Assembly: GCA_029253645.1 (NCBI GenBank)
Contig: JAQWZC010000098.1
Coordinates: 1 to 51,725 of the forward strand
Direction of reading: 5' to 3'
DNA from: Alphaproteobacteria bacterium
GTDB lineage: Bacteria > Pseudomonadota > Alphaproteobacteria > RS24
DNA length: 51,725 bases
Made by a program: the position numbers and the translations under genes. This document shows, in pieces, positions 41,906-51,725 of this stretch. The number at the start of each line of letters is the position of its first letter. Position 1 is the first letter of the stretch. The notes below the pieces were generated by a model. The model ran no database searches. It had not been told where the DNA came from and saw nothing but the letters and a program-made list of their open reading frames with translations.

Positions 41906-43981
41906 TTAGGCCATTTTCGAAATCACATCATCAGATACCGCTTGCGGCACTTGATCATAGTGATCGAAAAGCATTGAATATTGCGCGCGACCCTGGGTCA
42001 TAGAACGCAATGTGTTTACATAACCAAACATATTTGCCAGCGGCACCATGGCAGTAATGACAGATGCATTACCGCGGGCTTCCGTGCCGCGCACTTGGCC
42101 ACGGCGGCTGTTCAAATCGCCAATCACGTCGCCCATATGCTCATCCGGTGTCACCACCTCAACCTGCATAATCGGCTCCAACAATTTGGCACCGGCATCT
42201 TGCGACGCTTCACGGAAAGCGGCGCGCGCCGCGATTTCAAACGCCATGACGCTGGAGTCAACATCGTGATAAGCGCCGTCATGAAGGGTGACTGAGAAAT
42301 CAATCATCGGGAAACCGGCCAATACGCCGTTTTCACGAACACTCTCAATGCCCTTCTCAACGCCCGGGATGTATTCCTTCGGAATGGCACCACCGACGAT
42401 TTTGTTTTCAAATTCGTAACCGCCACCCGGTTGCAACGGGGTAATGGTCATTTTCACGCGCGCAAACTGACCCGAACCACCCGACTGTTTCTTGTGGGTG
42501 TAATCGACATCCGTCACTTTGGTGAAGGTCTCACGATAAGCCACTTGCGGCGCACCGACATTGGCTTCGACTTTAAATTCGCGCTTCATGCGGTCGACAA
42601 TAATGTCGAGGTGAAGCTCGCCCATTCCGGCGATAACGGTTTGGCCGCTTTCTTCGTCAGATTTGACGCGGAATGACGGGTCTTCCTGTGCCAAGCGGCT
42701 GAGGGCCAGACCCATTTTCTCTTGGTCACCTTTGGTTTTCGGCTCAACCGCAACCTCAATAACCGGATCGGGGAATTCCATACGCTCGAGGATAACCGGT
42801 GCTTCTTGCTCGCACAGCGTGTCGCCCGTTGTCGTATCTTTAAGGCCAACCAACGCAACAATGTCACCGGCATAAGCCTCTTTAATCTCTTCGCGGGAAT
42901 TGGCATGCATTTGCAGCATACGACCAATGCGCTCGCGCTTATCTTTCACTGTATTGACCAAAGTCGCACCGCTTTCGAGCTTGCCCGAATAAATCCGCGC
43001 AAAGGTCAAAGAACCGACAAACGGGTCATTGGCAATTTTAAAGGCCAGCATGGAGAGCGGCTCATCATCTGAGCTTTCGCGCACCACTTCTTCATCGGTT
43101 TTGGCGTCAATGCCCTGAATGGCTTCAACTTCCAAAGGCGACGGCATGAAATCAACGACCGCGTCAAGCAGCGGCTGAACACCTTTGTTTTTAAAGGCCG
43201 TGCCGTTCAACACCGGAACGAAATTTTGTTCGATTGTGCCCCTGCGGATAAGACGGATGAGCGTTTCTTCATCAGGCTCATTGCCTTCGAGATAGGCTTC
43301 CATCACCGTGTCGTCCAACTCGACAACCGCCTCAACCATAGCAGCACGATATTCATCGGCTTGGTCTTTCAGCGAGTCGCGAATATCGACATATTCATAA
43401 TCAGCGCCCAGATCTTCCGCTTTCCACAGAATCTCTTGCATTTTCACGAGGTCAATCAGGCCCTCATAATCTGACTCAGCGCCAATCGGCAATTGCAGCA
43501 CCAAAGGATTGGCACCCAGACGGTCGGTAATCATATCAACGCAACGGAAGAAGTCGGCACCGATGCGATCCATTTTATTGACGAAGCACATGCGCGGCAC
43601 AGAATATTTATCCGCCTGACGCCATACTGTTTCTGATTGCGGCTCAACACCGGCAACCGAGTCAAATACGGCGACCGCGCCGTCCAACACCCGCAAGCTA
43701 CGTTCAACTTCAATGGTGAAATCAACGTGGCCGGGTGTGTCGATGATGTTGATGCGCTTATCGCGCCAGAAGCAGGTTGTCGCCGCTGAGGTAATGGTAA
43801 TACCGCGCTCTTGCTCTTGCTCCATCCAGTCCATTGTGGCCGCGCCATCATGCACTTCACCAATCTTGTAGCTCACGCCTGTGTAATACAGAATGCGCTC
43901 AGTGGTGGTGGTCTTACCGGCGTCGATATGCGCCATGATACCGATATTGCGATAATCTTTAAGGTCTGTGCTACGTGCCAT
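41906..43981 (-). CDS. fusA: Elongation factor G
   Basis: [24 protein letters not shown]. Confidence 0.99.
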   Translation of the reverse strand: MARSTDLKDYRNIGIMAHIDAGKTTTTERILYYTGVSYKIGEVHDGAATMDWMEQEQERGITITSAATTCFWRDKRINIIDTPGHVDFTIEVERSLRVLDGAVAVFDSVAGVEPQSETVWRQADKYSVPRMCFVNKMDRIGADFFRCVDMITDRLGANPLVLQLPIGAESDYEGLIDLVKMQEILWKAEDLGADYEYVDIRDSLKDQADEYRAAMVEAVVELDDTVMEAYLEGNEPDEETLIRLIRRGTIEQNFVPVLNGTAFKNKGVQPLLDAVVDFMPSPLEVEAIQGIDAKTDEEVVRESSDDEPLSMLAFKIANDPFVGSLTFARIYSGKLESGATLVNTVKDKRERIGRMLQMHANSREEIKEAYAGDIVALVGLKDTTTGDTLCEQEAPVILERMEFPDPVIEVAVEPKTKGDQEKMGLALSRLAQEDPSFRVKSDEESGQTVIAGMGELHLDIIVDRMKREFKVEANVGAPQVAYRETFTKVTDVDYTHKKQSGGSGQFARVKMTITPLQPGGGYEFENKIVGGAIPKEYIPGVEKGIESVRENGVLAGFPMIDFSVTLHDGAYHDVDSSVMAFEIAARAAFREASQDAGAKLLEPIMQVEVVTPDEHMGDVIGDLNSRRGQVRGTEARGNASVITAMVPLANMFGYVNTLRSMTQGRAQYSMLFDHYDQVPQAVSDDVISKMA

Positions 43982-44002
43982 GGTGTCGGGTCCTAGAAAA
44001 AA

Positions 44003-44473
44003 CTACCAGCGATAATGAGAGAATGCGCGGTTTGCTTCGGCCATGCGATGCGTGTCTTCACGCTTCTTGACAGCCGAGCCGCGATTATTAAGGGCATCCA
44101 TCAGCTCACCGGCCAAACGGTCAACCATGGTATTTTCGCCGCGCCCACGCGCTGCCGAAATCAGCCAACGAATGGCCAGAGCCTGACGACGGTCGGGGCG
44201 CACCTCAACCGGAACCTGATAGGTCGCACCACCAACACGGCGAGAGCGCACTTCAACAGCAGGCATGATGTTTTCGAGAGCTTCGTGGAAAACCGCGACC
44301 GGCTCCCGCGACAGCTTGCTTTCGATATTATCGAGAGCCCCATAAATGATACGCTCGGCAGTTGATTTTTTGCCGTGCAGCATCAATGAATTCATAAATT
44401 TGCTCAGAACCTCATCGCCATATTTGGCGTCGGGGATAATCTGGCGTTTTTCAGCGCGGTGACGTCGTGACAT
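44003..44473 (-). CDS. rpsG: 30S ribosomal protein S7
   Basis: [21 protein letters not shown]. Confidence 0.99.
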   Translation of the reverse strand: MSRRHRAEKRQIIPDAKYGDEVLSKFMNSLMLHGKKSTAERIIYGALDNIESKLSREPVAVFHEALENIMPAVEVRSRRVGGATYQVPVEVRPDRRQALAIRWLISAARGRGENTMVDRLAGELMDALNNRGSAVKKREDTHRMAEANRAFSHYRW

Positions 44474-44484
44474 GAAACAGCTCC

Positions 44485-44856
44485 CTACTTCGGACGCTTA
44501 GCGCCGTATTTCGAACGACGCTGCTTACGATCTTTAACGCCCTGTGTATCAAGGACGCCGCGAATAATGTGATAGCGAACACCCGGCAAGTCTTTCACGC
44601 GTCCACCGCGGATCATGACCACTGAGTGTTCTTGCAAATTGTGCCCCTCACCCGGGATATAGCTGGTGACTTCGAAGCCGTTGGTCAGGCGCACACGAGC
44701 CACTTTACGAAGCGCTGAGTTCGGCTTCTTTGGTGTGGTTGTGTAAACGCGGGTGCAAACGCCACGGCGCTGCGGGCATTGATCCATCGCCGGCACCTTA
44801 TTGCGTTTCAACACTTTTTTCCGCGGCTTGCGGATAAGCTGGTTAATGGTCGGCAT
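44485..44856 (-). CDS. rpsL: 30S ribosomal protein S12
   Basis: [31 protein letters not shown]. Confidence 0.99.
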   Translation of the reverse strand: MPTINQLIRKPRKKVLKRNKVPAMDQCPQRRGVCTRVYTTTPKKPNSALRKVARVRLTNGFEVTSYIPGEGHNLQEHSVVMIRGGRVKDLPGVRYHIIRGVLDTQGVKDRKQRRSKYGAKRPK

Positions 44857-45116
44857 ACTGCCTACTCCCAATCTTCAAACACGAACAGGCCAAGCCGAGC
44901 GATGCCTTATGATATGAGCGGCAAGCTCTTCAAAACCCATTCACCGACAACCCAAAAACCTTTGCGGCTGCGGCGCGTTAAGCAGAGGATCCAACCCAAG
45001 GCGGGATCATGCGTCCAAATTGTTTACTTCAGATACTCAACAGCGTTTAGGTTCATCATCACGAGTAAGACCCCGAAACAGCAGAAAACCTACAGTCCTG
45101 TCACCAAAGTAAGCGT

Positions 45117-45145
45117 TTCATAGGGGAATCAACTGCGTCGGTCAA
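45117..45145 (-). promoter_or_regulatory. Putative sigma70 promoter of the str operon
   Basis: Minus strand TTGACC-N17-TATGAA, just downstream of the rpoC terminator. Confidence 0.55.
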
Positions 45146-45174
45146 GCACTGTTTTTCAAGCTTTTTATGGCCGA

Positions 45175-45213
45175 AAAAGAAAAATGCCGGTCTCCCTTGT
45201 GGAAAACCGGCAT
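45175..45213 (-). terminator. Intrinsic terminator after rpoC
   Basis: Minus strand ATGCCGGTTTTCC-acaag-GGAGACCGGCAT followed by TTTTCTTTT. Confidence 0.85.
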
Positions 45214-45252
45214 AATTCGAATTTAGTGCATATATTTCAATGCGTTAGATAA

Positions 45253-48200
45253 TCACCCTTCGGCCGGAACAGCCGCATCATCGCCCTCATCTGCGGGCAA
45301 TTCAGGGGTCGGATTCAGCGCCTCAAGTTCGGCATCGCGCGCGGCGGCCTCCCCTTTCAGACGCTGCATCAGGCCACCGGTACCGGCAGGAATCAGACGA
45401 CCGACAATGACGTTCTCTTTCAAGCCGACAAGCTCGTCATATTTGCCATTAATCGCCGCTTCCGTCAGCACGCGCGTCGTCTCTTGGAACGAGGCGGCTG
45501 AGATGAAGGAACGGGTTTGCAGAGAGGCTTTTGTGATGCCCAACAAAATCGGCGCGGCGACGGGCGGCTCTTTGCCTTCCGCTTTCAGACGCTCGACTTC
45601 TTCCTCAAACTCAATGCGGTCGATTTGCTCTTCTTTCAGATAAATACTGTCTGCGGTGACTTGAACTTCAACTTTTTGCAGCATTTGGCGAACAATCACC
45701 TCAATGTGCTTATCGTTAATGGTCACGCCTTGGAGACGATACACATCCTGAATCTCGTTAATGAGATAAGCGGCCAGCTCTTCCACACCGGAAATTGCCA
45801 AAATATCATGCGGGGCCGGATGGCCATCAATCAGATATTCGCCCTTCTCGATAACATCGCCTTCTTGCACCGACAAATGCTTGGCTTTTGGCACCAAATA
45901 TTCGACCGGCTCTTGATCGGCAGATTCCGGCTGAATGACGATGCGACGCTTATTCTTATAATCGCGGCCAAATTCAACCTTACCGGTAATCTCAGCAATA
46001 ATCGCATGGTCTTTCGGACGACGCGCTTCGAAAAGCTCCGCCACTCGCGGCAGACCACCGGTAATGTCACTGGTTGACGCGCCCTCGGTCGGAATACGCG
46101 CCAATGTGTCACCGGCATGGACGCTCGCGCCCGGCTCAACCGACAAAATAGCGTCAGCGGCCAGAATGAAGCGGGCTTCATTGCCATTGGACAGGGTTTT
46201 GATTTGACCCTTATCGTCTTTCACGACCATGGCCGGTTTCAAGTCACTGCCGCGTGTGCCGGTGGAATTATCAATGACGACGCGCTGGCTGATGCCGGTC
46301 GCTTCATCAGTGGTTTCCGTTACCGTGACACCTTCGACGAGGTCTTCAAACTGAACCACGCCATCAAGCTCGGTCAAAATCGGAATGGCATAGGGTTCCC
46401 ATTCAGCCAAACGGTCACCGCGGGCAACCTCTTGGCCTTCTTCGACCCGCAAGCGCGCGCCATAAGCCAATTTATGACTGGCCCGCTCAAGCCCATTATT
46501 ATCGACAATCTTGATAAGCACATTACGGCTCATCACCACCGGACGGCCTGAGCTATCCTTAACAATGCTGGCATTCTCAAGCTGCACAACACCGTCGGCA
46601 TTGGATTCGATAAAGGATTGGTCAACAACCTGCGCCGTGCCACCAATGTGGAACGTCCGCATGGTCAGCTGTGTGCCCGGCTCACCGATGGATTGCGCCG
46701 CAATCACACCGACAGCCTCACCGATATTCACCGGCGTGCCGCGTGCCAAGTCACGACCGTAACAGGTCGCGCAAACACCGGATTTGGTTTCACAAGTCAG
46801 CGGCGAGCGCACTTTAATGTTCACCAAATTGGCTTCTTCAATGGCCGGAGCATGTTCTTCCGAAATCAAAGTGCCTTTCTTGATGATGACTTCATCAGTT
46901 GCTGGATTGACAACATTCTCAACCGGCACACGACCCAAGACACGCTCAGACAATGAGGTGATAACTTCACCCGCATCCACCACGGCAGCGACGGTGATGC
47001 CGTCTTTGGTGCCGCAATCGACTTCATTGACAATGCAATCTTGCGCCACATCAACCAGACGACGTGTCAGATAACCGGAGTTCGCTGTTTTCAGCGCCGT
47101 ATCGGCCAGACCTTTACGCGCCCCGTGGGTTGAGTTGAAGTATTCAAGAACCGACAGACCCTCTTTAAAGTTAGAGATAATCGGCGTCTCAATAATCTCA
47201 CCCGACGGCTTGGCCATCAGGCCACGCATACCGGCAAGCTGTTTCATCTGAGCGGGTGAACCACGCGCCCCTGAATGAGACATCATGTAAATGGAGTTGA
47301 TGAAGCTATCATCATCTGCATCACCGGCATCGACGGTGGAAATTTTGCCCATCATGGCATCGGCCACACGGTCTGTGCAACGCGCCCAGGCATCAACAAC
47401 CTTGTTATATTTCTCGCCTTGCGTAATCAGGCCATCAATATATTGCTGCTCATATTCCTTCACCAAAGCGCCGGTTTCATCAATCAAACCGATTTTATCT
47501 TCGGGAATAACCATATCATCCTTACCAAAGGAGATACCGGCTTTACACGCTTCGCGGAAACCGACTTTCATAATATGGTCGCAGAAAATGACGGTCTCTT
47601 TTTGACCGCAATGGCGATAAACCGCATCAATCACCTTCGAAATTTCTTTCTTGGTCATCAGCTTATCAATCGTGCCATAGGGCAGATTAATATGCTTGGG
47701 CAGTTCTTGACCCAGCATGAAACGCCCGGCCGTTGTATCAACCACACGCTGCACGAGATTACCCTCAGCATCGATTTCTTCAATGCGGGCTTTGATTTTC
47801 GTGTGCAGGGTCAGCGCTTTATTATCCAGCGCCATTTCCAGCTCAGCCAAATCAGAGATAATCATGCCCTCGCCTTTCAGGCCATCGCGCTGCAAGGTCA
47901 TGTAATACAGACCCAGCACGATATCCTGTGACGGCACGATAATCGGCGCGCCATTGGCCGGGTGCAGAATATTATTGGTGGACATCATCAAGACGCGCGC
48001 TTCCAATTGCGCTTCCAGCGATAGCGGCACGTGAACAGCCATTTGGTCGCCGTCAAAGTCGGCGTTAAAGGCGGCACAAACCAGCGGATGAAGCTGAATG
48101 GCCTTACCCTCAATCAGTGTCGGTTCAAATGCCTGAATGCCCAAACGGTGCAAGGTCGGCGCGCGGTTCAGCATCACCGGATGCTCGCGGATAACCTCGT

Positions 48201-49443
48201 CGAGAATATCCCAAACCTCGGGACGTTCTTTCTCCACCATTTTCTTCGACTGTTTGACGGTGGCCGACAGGCCCTTCGCCTCAAGGCGCGAATAGATAAA
48301 CGGCTTGAACAATTCCAGCGCCATTTTCTTCGGCAAACCGCATTGATGCAGTTTCAGTTCAGGCCCCACCACAATTACCGAGCGGCCTGAATAGTCAACG
48401 CGCTTGCCGAGCAAGTTTTGACGGAAACGGCCCTGCTTACCTTTCAGCATATCTGAAAGCGATTTCAGCGGACGCTTATTGCCACCTGTAATGACGCGGC
48501 CACGGCGGCCATTGTCAAACAGCGCATCAACAGATTCTTGCAGCATACGCTTTTCATTACGCACGATAATATCGGGCGCGCGCAATTCAATCAGACGCTT
48601 CAGACGATTATTCCGGTTAATCACGCGGCGATATAAATCGTTCAAATCGGAGGTCGCGAAACGACCGCCATCAAGCGGCACAAGCGGACGAAGTTCCGGC
48701 GGAATGACCGGCACAACATTCAAAATCATCCACTCAGGACGACCGCCCGAGCGCAAAAAGGCTTCAACAACCTTCAGGCGCTTGGCCAGTTTCTTCGGCT
48801 TTAATTCGGTTGTGGCTTCGGCAATGCCGATACGCAATTCTTCGCGCAATTCCTCAAGGTTCAACTCCTCAAGCATCACCCGCACGGCTTCCGCACCGAT
48901 ACCGGCAACGAAATTATCTTCGCCATGCTCGTCTTGCGCGTCGAAATATTCTTCTTCCGTCAGCAATTGCCCTTTTTCAAGCGGCGACAGCATCGGGTCG
49001 AGAATGATGAAGTTTTCGAAATAGAGCACACGCTCCAAATCCTTCAGCGTCATATCCAGCAGCAGGCCAATACGGCTCGGCAGTGACTTCAAGAACCAGA
49101 TATGGGCGACCGGCGCGGCCAGCTCAATATGACCCATGCGCTCGCGGCGCACTTTAGTCAATGTCACTTCGACACCGCATTTCTCGCAAATGACGCCTTT
49201 AAACTTCATCCGCTTATATTTGCCGCACAAGCATTCATAATCCTTAATCGGACCAAAAATACGGGCGCAAAAAAGACCATCGCGTTCCGGTTTGAACGTC
49301 CGATAGTTAATGGTTTCCGGCTTCTTAATCTCGCCATATGACCAAGAGAGAATTTTCTCCGGGCTGGCAATAGAAATACGGATCTGATCGAAGGCCTGTT
49401 GATTGGCCTGCGGGTTGAAAATGTTCATGACCTCTTGGTTCAT
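45253..49443 (-). CDS. rpoC: RNA polymerase beta' subunit
   Basis: NADFDGD, Zn-binding Cys motifs, QLTMRTFH. Confidence 0.99.
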   Translation of the reverse strand: MNQEVMNIFNPQANQQAFDQIRISIASPEKILSWSYGEIKKPETINYRTFKPERDGLFCARIFGPIKDYECLCGKYKRMKFKGVICEKCGVEVTLTKVRRERMGHIELAAPVAHIWFLKSLPSRIGLLLDMTLKDLERVLYFENFIILDPMLSPLEKGQLLTEEEYFDAQDEHGEDNFVAGIGAEAVRVMLEELNLEELREELRIGIAEATTELKPKKLAKRLKVVEAFLRSGGRPEWMILNVVPVIPPELRPLVPLDGGRFATSDLNDLYRRVINRNNRLKRLIELRAPDIIVRNEKRMLQESVDALFDNGRRGRVITGGNKRPLKSLSDMLKGKQGRFRQNLLGKRVDYSGRSVIVVGPELKLHQCGLPKKMALELFKPFIYSRLEAKGLSATVKQSKKMVEKERPEVWDILDEVIREHPVMLNRAPTLHRLGIQAFEPTLIEGKAIQLHPLVCAAFNADFDGDQMAVHVPLSLEAQLEARVLMMSTNNILHPANGAPIIVPSQDIVLGLYYMTLQRDGLKGEGMIISDLAELEMALDNKALTLHTKIKARIEEIDAEGNLVQRVVDTTAGRFMLGQELPKHINLPYGTIDKLMTKKEISKVIDAVYRHCGQKETVIFCDHIMKVGFREACKAGISFGKDDMVIPEDKIGLIDETGALVKEYEQQYIDGLITQGEKYNKVVDAWARCTDRVADAMMGKISTVDAGDADDDSFINSIYMMSHSGARGSPAQMKQLAGMRGLMAKPSGEIIETPIISNFKEGLSVLEYFNSTHGARKGLADTALKTANSGYLTRRLVDVAQDCIVNEVDCGTKDGITVAAVVDAGEVITSLSERVLGRVPVENVVNPATDEVIIKKGTLISEEHAPAIEEANLVNIKVRSPLTCETKSGVCATCYGRDLARGTPVNIGEAVGVIAAQSIGEPGTQLTMRTFHIGGTAQVVDQSFIESNADGVVQLENASIVKDSSGRPVVMSRNVLIKIVDNNGLERASHKLAYGARLRVEEGQEVARGDRLAEWEPYAIPILTELDGVVQFEDLVEGVTVTETTDEATGISQRVVIDNSTGTRGSDLKPAMVVKDDKGQIKTLSNGNEARFILAADAILSVEPGASVHAGDTLARIPTEGASTSDITGGLPRVAELFEARRPKDHAIIAEITGKVEFGRDYKNKRRIVIQPESADQEPVEYLVPKAKHLSVQEGDVIEKGEYLIDGHPAPHDILAISGVEELAAYLINEIQDVYRLQGVTINDKHIEVIVRQMLQKVEVQVTADSIYLKEEQIDRIEFEEEVERLKAEGKEPPVAAPILLGITKASLQTRSFISAASFQETTRVLTEAAINGKYDELVGLKENVIVGRLIPAGTGGLMQRLKGEAAARDAELEALNPTPELPADEGDDAAVPAEG

Positions 49444-49476
49444 GCGCTCTTCTCCTGCGTAACGGCTGACGCCGCT

Positions 49477-51725
<2,249 letters not shown>

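Overview
Mostly core-genome DNA from an alphaproteobacterium. The gene orders and proteins look Rhizobiales/Parvibaculales-like, which is an inference. The right half (26.7-51.7 kb, minus strand) is the canonical rpoB(partial)-rpoC-str-S10-spc-alpha ribosomal supercluster. The left half holds housekeeping genes: rpmG, dinB, RidA, GNAT, HIT, clpSA, a DD-carboxypeptidase, mipZ, panC, mgtE, cysH with a siroheme-synthesis gene, lipB, pccBA, ATP12, a pseudouridine synthase and crcB. The only accessory-looking stretch is about 14.8-18.1 kb, between mgtE and the 3' end of tRNA-Leu(GAG). It contains a MAPEG protein, a 57-aa acidic/aromatic microprotein missing from the ORF track, an unknown membrane protein, a GPH-type MFS transporter, and a tandem pair of small two-helix membrane proteins that align without gaps. 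The pair lies behind a perfect inverted repeat and a CtrA-like box, and is the best candidate for an undescribed system here. Its function cannot be determined from sequence alone. I saw no integrase, transposase, CRISPR array or rRNA.
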